NCBI RefSeq assembly: GCF_009914755.1
Contig: NC_060948.1
DNA length: 64,000 nt
Direction: 5' to 3' (one strand)
Source: the human T2T-CHM13v2.0 reference genome, Homo sapiens
Part shown: in pieces, positions 41,710-61,063 of the stretch
Numbering within the stretch: position 1 is the stretch's first letter
How the letters are laid out: every line of letters starts with the position of its first letter
Position numbers and translations under genes: made by a program
Notes under the pieces: generated by a model
What the model was told of the DNA's origin: nothing
The model's input: only the letters and a program-made list of their open reading frames with translations
The model's database searches: none

Positions 41710-43814
41710 AGATCCATATTTTTTAAATGAAAAAAAATTTCAAAGGTACTCTGCTTGGTACAGTAATCAAATGTATATACTGAGGAATAAAACATAACCA
41801 TGAAACCTACTTATAACTGCATATGGAAAATACAGAGGATAATTTTTTAAATAACATATTTTGAAAGCCTTAACTAGTAATTAGAAGAGTTGGCATTTGA
41901 AAGGCCAGTATGAATATACCTTCAAAGCAGCAACACAGGTTCCCCATGAGAAAAAGCAAACACAGGGAAAATAAAAACACAAAGGTTCAATCTCTTCTGA
42001 CCTTTGAAAGACACAGCACAGACAGTGGTCCTTAGGACGAAGAGCAGGAGACCCCTAATTCCGTCACCATGGCGATAGGGCATAAACATTGCTGGGTGAG
42101 GGCACAATCCACATTGTGAGGTCCAACTGCTGCCAGGAAGACAGGAGTGCTTTTACATACACCGAAAGGTCATTGAAGGCTCAGAGTTTTGTTTCAAGAA
42201 CTGAATCCCAAGCCCACACGTTATTAGGCTGCGCTTCTTAAAACAAGTTATGAGATGGGAAAAAGGGCACCCACAAACATACGTATACATTATGTATATA
42301 ATAATATACAGTATCATATATATAATATATATAACCTATGTATAATATTGTTTTACATCCTGCATCTTATGTTATATATATTGTATAAAATATAATAATT
42401 GATAACATATAAGTTTTATAATTATACAATATGACATATAGTATATATTATAATTTATGACATATATAATATATGTTATATGTCATATATAGAATATATT
42501 ATACGGTTAATATACGTATTAAATATAAATTATACATTATATATATTATATATAATATATCTGTTATATATAATAACCATTATGCATAATATATATATTA
42601 TGTCTATGTTATATATAGTATAAAACAACATATAATAATATATAATTGTATATATAAAATGCGACATATAATATATATTATATTTTATAACATATGTAAT
42701 ATATATTTTATATTATATATAATACGTTGTATGTATAATACCTATATTAAATATATATTATATGACTATGTTATTAATTACATGTCACATGTGTTATATA
42801 TTATATATTTTACATAGAATATACCGGTTACATACAATATATACTATGTTACCTATAATGTATAATTTATTACATGTAAAATAAAGAATGCAATATATTA
42901 TGTAAAATTTATAATATACCATATGTGAAATGTGATATATATAACATATAATATATGATATATGATATACAGTGTATGATATATAACATACAATATATGA
43001 TTCCTAATATATATGGTATACAATATATATTTTATGATATGTATTCTATATGTTTTATATTCTGTTATATATAACTATTTGAAATTATATATAACTGTAT
43101 AATATTTTATGTAAATATGTAATATAATATATATAACTATATAATATATTTTATATAACTATATATTATGTTATATATACTTTTATAACATAATTTACAT
43201 AAAATATCATAATATAATATATATTATATTATTTCATATTACATAATATATATTACATATCACCCAATATAACTAACATACATAATATTATAATATAGAT
43301 TATATTATGTTATATTAAATATCATATATATCATGTATCATATATTCTATAATATATATTACACATTATATAATATGTATGTTGTCTATTATGTGATATA
43401 TATAACAATAAATATAATTATATTTTTATACATATAACTAGATAAACATGTAATTCTACATATTTTCATTTATAATATGTAGAATTATATAATCATATAT
43501 AATTATTTATATTCTATAAAAAATTTTATCATTATATAAATTATAATATATAAAAATTATAATATGTACTACAAATATATATATTATATATCATATATGA
43601 TATAGTACCTTTGTTATATATCATAATACATATAAATGTGTATTATGTTATCTATAATTATATAATTTCATATATAAGATGTATAATATGTATCATATAT
43701 TATATATGTTATGTAATATATATAGTATATATAAGATGACACAGGATAAATATTATATACTATGACATATAAAATATATGAGGTTATATGTTACATATAA
43801 GGCATAGCACATAA

Positions 43815-44129
<315 letters not shown>

Positions 44130-46234
44130 AGATCCATATTTTTTAAATGAAAAAAAATTTCAAAGGTACTCTGCTTGGTACAATAATCAAATGTATAAAC
44201 TGAGGAATAAAACATAACCATGAAACCTACTTATAACTGCATATGGAAAATACAGAGGATAATTTTTTAAATAACATATTTTGAAAGCCTTAACTAGTAA
44301 TTTGAAGAGTTGGCATTTGAAAGGCCAGTATGAATATACCTTCAAAGCAGCAACACAGGTTCCCCATGAGAAAAAGCAAACACAGGGAAAATAAAAACAC
44401 AAAGGTTCAATCTCTTCTGACCTTTGAAAGACACAGCACAGACAGTGGTCCTTAGGACGAAGAGCAGGAGACCCCTAATTCCGTCACCATGGCGATAGGG
44501 CATAAACATTGCTGGGTGAGGGCACAATCCACATTGTGAGGTCCAACTGCTGCCAGGAAGACAGGAGTGCTTTTACATAGACCGAAAGGTCATTGAAGGC
44601 TCAGAGTTTTGTTTCAAGAACTGAATCCCAAGCCCACACGTTATTAGGCTGCGCTTCTTAAAACAAGTTATGAGATGGGAAAAAGGGCACCCACAAACAT
44701 ACGTATACATTATGTATATAATAATGTACAGTATCATATATATAATATATATAACCTATGTATAATATTGTTTTACATCCTGCATCTTATGTTATATATA
44801 TTGTATAAAATATAATAATTGATAATATATAAGTTTTATAATTATACAATATGACATATAGTATATATTATAATTTATGACATATATAATATATGTTATA
44901 TATCATATATAGAATATATTATACGGTTAATATACGTATTAAATATAAATTATACATTATATATATTATATATAATATATCTGTTATATATAATACCCAT
45001 TATGCATAATATATATATTATGTCTATGTTATATATAGTATAAAACAACATATAATAATATATAATTGTATATATAAAATGCGACATATAATATATATTA
45101 TATTTTATAACATATGTAATATATATTATATATTATATATAATACGTTGTATGTATAATACCTATATTAAATATATATTATATGACTATGTTATTAATTA
45201 CATGTCACATGTGTTATATATTATATATTTTACATAGAATATACCGGTTACATACAATATATACTATGTTACCTATAATGTATAATTTATTACATGTAAA
45301 ATAAAGAATGCAATATATTATGTATAATTTATAATATACCATATGTGGAATGTGATATATATAACATATAATATATAATATATGATATACAGTATATGAT
45401 ATATAACATACAATATATGATTCCTAATATATATGGTATACAATATATATTTTATGATATGTATTCTATATGTTTTATATTCTGTTATATATAACTATTT
45501 GAAATTATATATAACTGTATAATATTTTATGTAAATATGTAATATAATATATATAACTATATAATATATTATATATAACTATATATTATGTTATATATAC
45601 TTTTATAACATAATTTACATAAAATATCATAATATAATATATATTATATTATTTCATATTACATAATATATATTACATATCACCCAATATAACTAACATA
45701 CATAATATTATAATATAGATTATATTATGTTATATTAAATATCATATATATCATGTATCATATATTCTATAATATATATTACACATTATATAATATGTAT
45801 GTTGTCTATTATGTGATATATACAACTATATATATAATTATATTTTTATACATATAACTAGATAAACATGTAATTCTACATATTTTCATTTATAATATGT
45901 AGAATTATATAATCATATATAATTATTTATATTCTATAAAAAATTTTATCATTATATAAATTATAATATATAAAAATTATAATATGTACTACAAATATAT
46001 ATATTATATATCATATATGATATAGTACCTTTGTTATATATCATAATACATATAAATGTGTATTATGTTATCTATAATTATATAATTTCATATATAAGAT
46101 GTATAATATGTATCATATATTATATATGTTATGTAATATATATAGTATATATAAGATGACACAGGATAAATATTATATACTATGACATATAAAATATATG
46201 AGGTTATATGTTACATATAAGGCATAGCACATAA

Positions 46235-46549
<315 letters not shown>

Positions 46550-48654
46550 AGATCCATATTTTTTAAATGAAAAAAAATTTCAAAGGTACTCTGCTTGGTA
46601 CAATAATCAAATGTATAAACTGAGGAATAAAACATAACCATGAAACCTACTTATAACTGCATATGGAAAATACAGAGGATAATTTTTTAAATAACATATT
46701 TTGAAAGCCTTAACTAGTAATTTGAAGAGCTGGCATTTGAAAGGCCAGTATGAATATACCTTCAAAGCAGCAACACAGGTTCCCCATGAGAAAAAGCAAA
46801 CACAGGGAAAATAAAAACACAAAGGTTCAATCTCTTCTGACCTTTGAAAGACACAGCACAGACAGTGGTCCTTAGGACGAAGAGCAGGAGACCCCTAATT
46901 CCGTCACCATGGCGATAGGGCATAAACATTGCTGGGTGAGGGCACAATCCACATTGTGAGGTCCAACTGCTGCCAGGAAGACAGGAGTGCTTTTACATAG
47001 ACCGAAAGGTCATTGAAGGCTCAGAGTTTTGTTTCAAGAACTGAATCCCAAACCCACACGTTATTAGGCTGCGCTTCTTAAAACAAGTTATGAGATGGGA
47101 AAAAGGGCACCCACAAACATACGTATACATTATGTATATAATAATATACAGTATCATATATATAATATATATAACCTATGTATAATATTGTTTTACATCC
47201 TGCATCTTATGTTATATATATTGTATAAAATATAATAATTGATAATATATAAGTTTTATAATTATACAATATGACATATAGTATATATTATAATTTATGA
47301 CATATATAATATATGTTATATGTCATATATAGAATATATTATACGGTTAATATACGTATTAAATATAAATTATACATTATATATATTATATATAATATAT
47401 CTGTTATATATAATACCCATTATGCATAATATATATATTATGTCTATGTTATATATAGTATAAAACAACATATAATAATATATAATTGTATATATAAAAT
47501 GCGACATAGAATATATATTATATTTTATAACATATGTAATATATATTATATATTATATATAATACGTTGTATGTATAATACCTATATTAAATATATATTA
47601 TATGACTATGTTATTAATTACATGTCACATGTGTTATATATTATATATTTTACATAGAATATACCGGTTACATACAATATATACTATGTTACCTATAATG
47701 TATAATTTATTACATGTAAAATAAAGAATGCAATATATTATGTATAATTTATAATATACCATATGTGGAATGTGATATATATAACATATAATATATGATA
47801 TATGATATACAGTATATGATATATAACATAAAATATATGATTCCTAATATATATGGTATACAATATATATTTTATGATATGTATTCTATATGTTTTATAT
47901 TCTGTTATATATAACTATTTGAAATTATATATAACTGTATAATATTTTATGTAAATATGTAATATAATATATATAACTATATATTATATTATATATAACT
48001 ATATATTATGTTATATATACTTTTATAACATAATTTACATAAAATATCATAATATAATATATATTATATTATTTCATATTACATAATATATATTACATAT
48101 CACCCAATATAACTAACATACATAATATTATAATATAGATTATATTGTGTTATATTAAATATCATATATATCATGTATCATATATTCTATAATATATATT
48201 ACACATTATATAATATGTATGTTGTGTATTATGTGATATATATAACTATATATATAATTATATTTTTATACATATAACTAGATAAACATGTAATTCTACA
48301 TATTTTCATTTATAATATGTAGAATTATATAATCATATATAATTATTTATATTCTATAAAAAATTTTATCATTATATAAATTATAATATATAAAAATTAT
48401 AATATGTACTACAAATATATATATTATATATCATATATGATATAGTACCTTTGTTATATATCATAATACATATAAATGTGTATTATGTTATCTATAAATA
48501 TATAATTTCATATATAAGATGTATAATATGTATCATATATTATATATGTTATGTACTATATATAGTATATATAAGATGACACAGGATAAATATTATATAC
48601 TATGACATATAAAATATATGAGGTTATATGTTACATATAAGGCATAGCACATAA

Positions 48655-48969
<315 letters not shown>

Positions 48970-51097
48970 AGATCCATATTTTTTAAATGAAAAAAAATTT
49001 CAAAGGTACTCTGCTTGGTACAATAATCAAATGTATAAACTGAGGAATAAAACATAACCATGAAACCTACTTATAACTGCATATGGAAAATACAGAGGAT
49101 AATTTTTTAAATAACATATTTTGAAAGCCTTAACTAGTAATTTGAAGAGTTGGCATTTGAAAGGCCAGTATGAATATACCTTCAAAGCAGCAACACAGGT
49201 TCCCCATGAGAAAAAGCAAACACAGGGAAAATAAAAACACAAAGGTTCAATCTCTTCTGACCTTTGAAAGACACAGCACAGACAGTGGTCCTTAGGACGA
49301 AGAGCAGGAGACCCCTAATTCCGTCACCATGGCGATAGGGCATAAACATTGCTGGGTGAGGGCACAATCCACATTGTGAGGTCCAACTGCTGCCAGGAAG
49401 ACAGGAGTGCTTTTACATAGACCGAAAGGTCATTGAAGGCTCAGAGTTTTGTTTCAAGAACTGAATCCCAAGCCCACACGTTATTAGGCTGCGCTTCTTA
49501 AAACAAGTTATGAGATGGGAAAAAGGGCACCCACAAACATACGTATACATTATGTATATAATAATGTACAGTATCATATATATAATATATATAACCTATG
49601 TATAATATTGTTTTACATCCTGCATCTTATGTTATATATATTGTATAAAATATAATAATTGATAATATATAAGTTTTATAATTATACAATATGACATATA
49701 GTATATATTATAATTTATGACATATATAATATATGTTATATATCATATATAGAATATATTATACGGTTAATATACGTATTAAATATAAATTATACATTAT
49801 ATATATTATATATAATATATCTGTTATATATAATACCCATTATGCATAATATATATATTATGTCTATGTTATATATAGTATAAAACAACATATAATAATA
49901 TATAATTGTATATATAAAATGCGACATATAATATATATTATATTTTATAACATATGTAATATATATTATATATTATATATAATACGTTGTATGTATAATA
50001 CCTATATTAAATATATATTATATGACTATGTTATTAATTACATGTCACATGTGTTATATATTATATATTTTACATAGAATATACCGGTTACATACAATAT
50101 ATACTATGTTACCTATAATGTATAATTTATTACATGTAAAATAAAGAATGCAATATATTATGTATAATTTATAATATACCATATGTGGAATGTGATATAT
50201 ATAACATATAATATATAATATATGATATACAGTATATGATATATAACATACAATATATGATTCCTAATATATATGGTATACAATATATATTTTATGATAT
50301 GTATTCTATATGTTTTATATTCTGTTATATATAACTATTTGAAATTATATATAACTGTATAATATTTTATGTAAATATGTAATATAATATATATAACTAT
50401 ATAATATATTATATATAACTATATATTATGTTATATATACTTTTATAACATAATTTACATAAAATATCATAATATAATATATATTATATTATTTCATATT
50501 ACATAATATATATTACATATCACCCAATATAACTAACATACATAATATTATAATATAGATTATATTATGTTATATTAAATATCATATATATCATGTATCA
50601 TATATTCTATAATATATATTACACATTATATAATATGTATGTTGTCTATTATGTGATATATATAACTATATATATAATTATATTTTTATACATATAACTA
50701 GATAAACATGTAATTCTACATATTTTCATTTATAATATGTAGAATTATATAATCATATATAATTATTTATATTCTATAAAAAATTTTATCATTATATAAA
50801 TTATAATATATAAAAATTATAATATGTACTACAAATATATATATTATATATCATATATGATATAGTACCTTTGTTATATATCATAATACATATAAATGTG
50901 TATTATCTTATCTATAATTATATAATTTCATATATAAGATGTATAATATGTATCATATATTATATATGTTATGTAATATATATAGTATATATAAGATGAC
51001 ACAGGATAAATATTATATACTATGACATATAAAATATATCAGGTTATATGTTACATATAAGGCATAGCACATAACATGTAATATATATCATATATAA

Positions 51098-51389
51098 TTT
51101 TTTTTTAGACAGAATCTTGTCCTGTTGCACAGGGTGGGGTACAATGGCGCCATCTTTGCTCACTGCAACTTCTGCCTCACGGGTCCAAGCGATTGTCCTC
51201 CCTCAGACTCCCAGGTAGCTGGGACTACACCACACTGGGACTACACCAGCTGCCACCATGCCTAGCTAATTATTTGGATTTTTAGTAGTGACAGCGTTTC
51301 ACTGTATTGGCCAGGATGGTCTTGATCTCTTCACCTTGTGATCCCCTTGCCTTGGCCTCCAAATTTGCTGGGATTACAGGCCTGAGCCA
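51098..51389 (-). mobile_element. Unit-resident antisense Alu (copy 22)
   Basis: Near-identical to 203-494. Confidence 0.9.
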
Positions 51390-53490
51390 AGATCCATATT
51401 TTTTAAATGAAAAAAAATTTCAAAGGTACTCTGCTTGGTACAATAATCAAATGTATAAACTGAGGAATAAAACACAACCATGAAACCTACTTATAACTGC
51501 ATATGGAAAATACAGAGGATAATTTTTTAAATAACATATTTTGAAAACCTTAACTAGTAATTTGAAGAGCTGGCATTTGAAAGGCCAGTATGAATATACC
51601 TTCAAAGCAGCAACACAGGTTCCCCATGAGAAAAAGCAAACACAGGGAAAATAAAAACACAAAGGTTCAATCTCTTCTGACCTTTGAAAGACACAGCACA
51701 GACAGTGGTCCTTAGGACGAAGAGCAGGAGACCCCTAATTCCGTCACCATGGCGATAGGGCATAAACATTGCTGGGTGAGGGCACAATCCACATTGTGAG
51801 GTCCAACTGCTGCCAGGAAGACAGGAGTGCTTTTACATAGACCGAAAGGTCATTGAAGGCTCAGAGTTTTGTTTCAAGAACTGAATCCCAAGCCCACACG
51901 TTATTAGGCTGCGCTTCTTAAAACAAGTTATGAGATGGGAAAAAGGGCACCCACAAACATACGTATACATTATGTATATAATAATATACAGTATCATATA
52001 TATAATATATATAACCTATGTATAATATTGTTTTACATCCTGCATCTTATGTTATATATATTGTATAAAATACAATAATTGATAACATATAAGTTTTATA
52101 ATTATACAATATGACATATAGTATATATTATAATTTATGACATATATAATATATGTTATATGTCATATATAGAATATATTATACGGTTAATATACGTATT
52201 AAATATAAATTATACATTATATATATTTTATATAATATATCTGTTATATATAATAACCATTATGCATAATATATATATTATGTCTATGTTATATATAGTA
52301 TAAAACAACATATAATAATATATAATTGTATATATAAAATGCGACATATAATATATATTATATTTTATAACATATGTAATATATATTTTATATTATATAT
52401 AATACGTTGTATGTATAATACCTATATTAAATATATATTATATGACTATGTTATTAATTACATGTCACATGTGTTATATATTATATATTTTACATAGAAT
52501 ATACCGGTTACATACAATATATACTATGTTACCTATAATGTATAATTTATTACATGTAAAATAAAGAATGCAATATATTATGTAAAATTTATAATATACC
52601 ATATGTGAAATGTGATATATATAACATATAATATATGATATATGATATACAGTGTATGATATATAACATACAATATATGATTCCTAATATATATGGTATA
52701 CAATATATATTTTATGATATGTATTCTATATGTTTTATATTCTGTTATATATAACTATTTGAAATTATATATAACTGTATAATATTTTATGTAAATATGT
52801 AATATAATATATATAACTATATAATATATTTTATATAACTATATATTGTTATATATACTTTTATAACATAATTTACATAAAATATCATAATATAATATAT
52901 ATTATATTATTTCATATTACATAATATATATTACATATCACCCAATATAACTAACATACATAATATTATAATATAGATTATATTATGTTATATTAAATAT
53001 CATATATATCATGTATCATATATTCTATAATATATATTACACATTATATAATATGTATGTTGTCTATTATGTGATATATATAACTATATATAATTATATT
53101 TTTATACATATAACTAGATAAACATGTAATTCTACATATTTTCATTTATAATATGTAGAATTATATAATCATATATAAATATTTATATTCTATAAAAAAT
53201 TTTATCATTATATAAATTATAATATATAAAAATTATAATATGTACTACAAATATATATATTATATATCATATATGCTATAGTACCTTTGTTATATATCAT
53301 AATACATATAAATGTGTATTATGTTATCTATAATTATATAATTTCATATATACGTTGTATAATATGTATCATATATTATATATGTTATGTAATATATATA
53401 GTATATATAAGATGACACAGGATAAATATTATATACTATGACATATAAAATATATGAGGTTATATGTTACATATAAGGCATAGCACATAA

Positions 53491-53805
<315 letters not shown>

Positions 53806-55910
53806 AGATCCATATTTTTTAAATGAAAAAAAATTTCAAAGGTACTCTGCTTGGTACAATAATCAAATGTATAAACTGAGGAATAAAACATAACCATGAA
53901 ACCTACTTATAACTGCATATGGAAAATACAGAGGATAATTTTTTAAATAACATATTTTGAAAGCCTTAACTAGTAATTTGAAGAGTTGGCATTTGAAAGG
54001 CCAGTATGAATATACCTTCAAAGCAGCAACACAGGTTCCCCATGAGAAAAAGCAAACACAGGGAAAATAAAACCACAAAGGTTCAATCTCTTCTGACCTT
54101 TGAAAGACACAGCACAGACACTGGTCCTTAGGACGAAGAGCAGGAGACCCCTAATTCCGTCACCATGGCGATAGGGCATAAACATTGCTGGGTGAGGGCA
54201 CAATCCACATTGTGAGGTCCAACTGCTGCCAGGAAGACAGGAGTGCTTTTACATAGACCGAAAGGTCATTGAAGGCTCAGAGTTTTGTTTCAAGAACTGA
54301 ATCCCAAGCCCACACGTTATTAGGCTGCGCTTCTTAAAACAGGTTATGAGATGGGAAAAAGGGCACCCACAAACATACGTATACATTATGTATATAATAA
54401 TATACAGTATCATATATATAATATATATAACCTATGTATAATATTGTTTTACATCCTGCATCTTATGTTATATATATTGTATAAAATATAATAATTGATA
54501 ATATATAAGTTTTAAAATTATACAATATGACATATAGTATATATTATAATTTATGACATATATAATATATGTTATATATCATATATAGAACATATTATAC
54601 GGTTAATATACGTATTAAATATAAATTATATATTATATATATTATATATAATATATCTGTTATATATAATACCCATTATGCATAATATATATATTATGTC
54701 TATGTTATATATAGTATAAAACAACATATAATAATATATAATTGTATATAGAAAACGCGACATATAATATATATTATATTTTATGACATATGTAATATAT
54801 ATTATATATTATATAAAATACGTTGTATGTATAATACCTATATTAAATATATATTATATGACTATGTTATTAATTACATATCACATATGTTATATATTAT
54901 ATATTTTACATAGAATATACCGGTTACATACAATATATACTATGTTACCTATAATGTATAATTGATTACATGTAAAATAAAGAATGCAATATATTATATA
55001 TAATTTATAATATACAATATGTGGAATGTGATATATATAACATATAATATATGATATATGATATACAGTATATGATATATAACATACAATATATGATTCC
55101 TAATATATATGTTATACAATATATATTTTATGATATGTATTCTATATGTTTTATATTCTGTTATATATAACTATTTGAAATTATATATAACTGTATAATA
55201 TTTTATGTAAATATGTAATATAATATATATAACTATATAATATATTATATATAACTATATATTATGTTATATATAATTTTATAACATAATTTACATAAAA
55301 TATCATAATATAATATATATTATATTATTTCATATTACATAATATATATTAAATATCACCCAATATAACTAACATACATAATATTATAATATAGATTATA
55401 TTATATTATATTAAATATCATATATATCATGTATCATATATTCTATAATATATATTACACATTATATAATATGTATGTTGTCTAATATGTGATATATATA
55501 ACTATATATATAATTATATTTTTATACATATAACTAGATAAACATGTAATTCTACATATTTTCATTTATAATATGTAGAATTATATAATCATATATAAAT
55601 ATTTATATTCTATAAAAAATTTTATCATTATATAAATTATAATATATAAAAATTATAATATGTACTACAAATATATATATTATATATCATATATGATATA
55701 GTACCTTTGTTATATATCATAATACATGTAAATGTGTATTATGTTATCTATAATTATATAATTTCATATATAAGATGTATAATATGTATCATATATTATA
55801 TATGTTATGTAATATATATAATATATATAAGATGACACAGGATAAATATTATATACTATGACATATAAAATATATGAGGTTATATGTTACATATAAGGCA
55901 TAGCACATAA

Positions 55911-56225
<315 letters not shown>

Positions 56226-58330
56226 AGATCCATATTTTTTAAATGAAAAAAAATTTCAAAGGTACTCTGCTTGGTACAATAATCAAATGTATAAACTGAG
56301 GAATAAAACATAACCATGAAACCTACTTATAACTGCATATGGAAAATACAGAGGATAATTTTTTAAATAACATATTTTGAAAGCCTTAACTAGTAATTTG
56401 AAGAGCTGGCATTTGAAAGGCCTGTATGAATATACCTTCAAAGCAGCAACACAGGTTCCCCATGAGAAAAAGCAAACACAGGGAAAATAAAAACACAAAG
56501 GTTCAATCTCTTCTGACCTTTGAAAGACACAGCACAGACAGTGGTCCTTAGGACGAAGAGCAGGAGACCCCTAATTCCGTCACCATGGCGATAGGGCATA
56601 AACATTGCTGGGTGAGGGCACAATCCACATTGTGAAGTCCAACTGCTGCCAGGAAGACAGGAGTGCTTTTACATAGACCGAAAGGTCATTGAAGGCTCAG
56701 AGTTTTGTTTCAAGAACTGAATCCCAAGCCCACACGTTATTAGGCTGCGCTTCTTAAAACAGGTTATGAGATGGGAAAAAGGGCACCCACAAACATACGT
56801 ATACATTATGTATATAATAATATACAGTATCATATATATAATATATATAACCTATGTATAATATTGTTTTACATCCTGCATCTTATGTTATATATATTGT
56901 ATAAAATATAATAATTGATAATATATAAGTTTTAAAATTATACAATATGACATATAGTATATATTATAATTTATGACATATATAATATATGTTATATATC
57001 ATATATAGAACATATTATACGGTTAATATACGTATTAAATATAAATTATATATTATATATATTATATATAATATATCTGTTATATATAATACCCATTATG
57101 CATAATATATATATTATGTCTATGTTATATATAGTATAAAACAACATATAATAATATATAATTGTATGTAGAAAACGCGACATATAATATATATTATATT
57201 TTATGACATATGTAATATATATTATATATTATATAAAATACGTTGTATGTATAATACCTATATTAAATATATATTATATGACTATGTTATTAATTACATA
57301 TCACATATGTTATATATTATATATTTTACATAGAATATACCGGTTACATACAATATATACTATGTTACCTATAATGTATAATTGATTACATGTAAAATAA
57401 AGAATGCAATATATTATATATAATTTATAATATACAATATGTGGAATGTGATATATATAACATATAATATATGATATATGATATACAGTATATGATATAT
57501 AACATACAATATATGATTCCTAATATATATGTTATACAATATATATTTTATGATATGTATTCTATATGTTTTATATTCTGTTATATATAACTATTTGAAA
57601 TTATATATAACTGTATAATATTTTATGTAAATATGTAATATAATATATATAACTATATAATATATTATATATAACTATATATTATGTTATATATAATTTT
57701 ATAACATAATTTACATAAAATATCATAATATAATATATATTATATTATTTCATATTACATAATATATATTAAATATCACCCAATATAACTAACATACATA
57801 ATATTATAATATAGATTATATTATATTATATTAAATATCATATATATCATGTATCATATATTCTATAATATATATTACACATTATATAATATGTATGTTG
57901 TCTAATATGTGATATATATAACTATATATATAATTATATTTTTATACATATAACTAGATAAACATGTAATTCTACATATTTTCATTTATAATATGTAGAA
58001 TTATATAATCATATATAAATATTTATATTCTATAAAAAATTTTATCATTATATAAATTATAATATATAAAAATTATAATATGTACTACAAATATATATAT
58101 TATATATCATATATGATATAGTACCTTTGTTATATATCATAATACATGTAAATGTGTATTATGTTATCTATAATTATATAATTTCATATATAAGATGTAT
58201 AATATGTATCATATATTATATATGTTATGTAATATATATAATATATATAAGATGACACAGGATAAATATTATATACTATGACATATAAAATATATGAGGT
58301 TATATGTTACATATAAGGCATAGCACATAA

Positions 58331-58645
<315 letters not shown>

Positions 58646-60771
58646 AGATCCATATTTTTTAAATGAAAAAAAATTTCAAAGGTACTCTGCTTGGTACAAT
58701 AATCAAATGTATAAACTGAGGAATAAAACATAACCATGAAACCTACTTATAACTGCATATGGAAAATACAGAGGATAATTTTTTAAATAACATATTTTGA
58801 AAGCCTTAACTAGTAATTTGAAGAGCTGGCATTTGAAAGGCCTGTATGAATATACCTTCAAAGCAGCAACACAGGTTCCCCATGAGAAAAAGCAAACACA
58901 GGGAAAATAAAAACACAAAGGTTCAATCTCTTCTGACCTTTGAAAGACACAGCACAGACAGTGGTCCTTAGGACGAAGAGCAGGAGACCCCTAATTCCGT
59001 CACCATGGCGATAGGGCATAAACATTGCTGGGTGAGGGCACAATCCACATTGTGAAGTCCAACTGCTGCCAGGAAGACAGGAGTGCTTTTACATAGACCG
59101 AAAGGTCATTGAAGGCTCAGAGTTTTGTTTCAAGAACTGAATCCCAAGCCCACACGTTATTAGGCTGCGCTTCTTAAAACAAGTTATGAGATGGGAAAAA
59201 GGGCACCCACAAACATACGTATACATTATGTATATAATAATATACAGTATCATATATATAATATATATAACCTATGTATAATATTGTTTTACATCCTGCA
59301 TCTTATGTTATATATATTGTATAAAATACAATAATTGATAATATATAAGTTTTATAATTATACAATATGACATATAGTATATATTATAATTTATGACATA
59401 TATAATATATGTTATATGTCATATATAGAATATATTATACGGTTAATATACGTATTAAATATAAATTATACATTATATATATTATATATAATATATCTGT
59501 TATATATAATACCCATTATGCATAATATATATATTATGTCTATGTTATATATAGTATAAAACAACATATAATAATATATAATTGTATATAGAAAACGCGA
59601 CATATAATATATATTATATTTTATGACATATGTAATATATATTATATATTATATAAAATACGTTGTATGTATAATACCTATATTAAATATATATTATATG
59701 ACTATGTTATTAATTACATGTCACATATGTTATATATTATATATTTTACATAGAATATACCGGTTACATACAATATATACTATGTTACCTATAATGTATA
59801 ATTGATTACATGTAAAATAAAGAATGCAATATATTATATATAATTTATAATATACAATATGTGGAATGTGATATATATAACATATAATATATGATATATG
59901 ATATACAGTATATGATATATAACATACAATATATGATACCTAATATATATGGTATACAATATATATTTTATGATATGTATTCTCTATGTTTTACATTCTG
60001 TTATATATAACTATTTGAAATTATATATAACTGTATAATATTTTATGTAAATATGTAATATAATATATATAACTATATAATATATTATAAATAACTATAT
60101 ATTATGTTATATATACTTTTATAACATAATTTACATAAAATATCATAATATAATATATATTATATTATTTCATATTACATAATATATATTACATATCACC
60201 CAATATAAGTAACATACATAATATTATAATATAGAATATATTATGTTATATTAAATATCATATATATCATGTATCATATATGCTATAATATATATTAAAC
60301 AATATATAATATGTATGTTGCCTATTATGTGATATATATAACTATATATATAATTATATTATTATACATATAACTAGATAAACATGTAATTCTACATATT
60401 TAGATTTATAATATATATAATTATATAATCATATTTAATTATTTAAATTCTATAAAAAATTATATCATTATATAAATTATAATATATAATAATTATAATA
60501 TGTACTAGAAATATATATTATATATCATATATGATATAGTACCTTTGTTATATATCATAATACATATAAATGTGTATTATGTTATCGATAATTATATAAT
60601 TTCATATATAAGATATATAATATGTATTATATATTATATATGTTATGCAATATATATAGTATATATAAGATGACACAGGATAAATATTATATACTATGAC
60701 ATATAAAATATATGAGGTTATATGTTACATATAAGGCATAGCACATAACATGTAATATATATCATATATAA

Positions 60772-61063
<292 letters not shown>
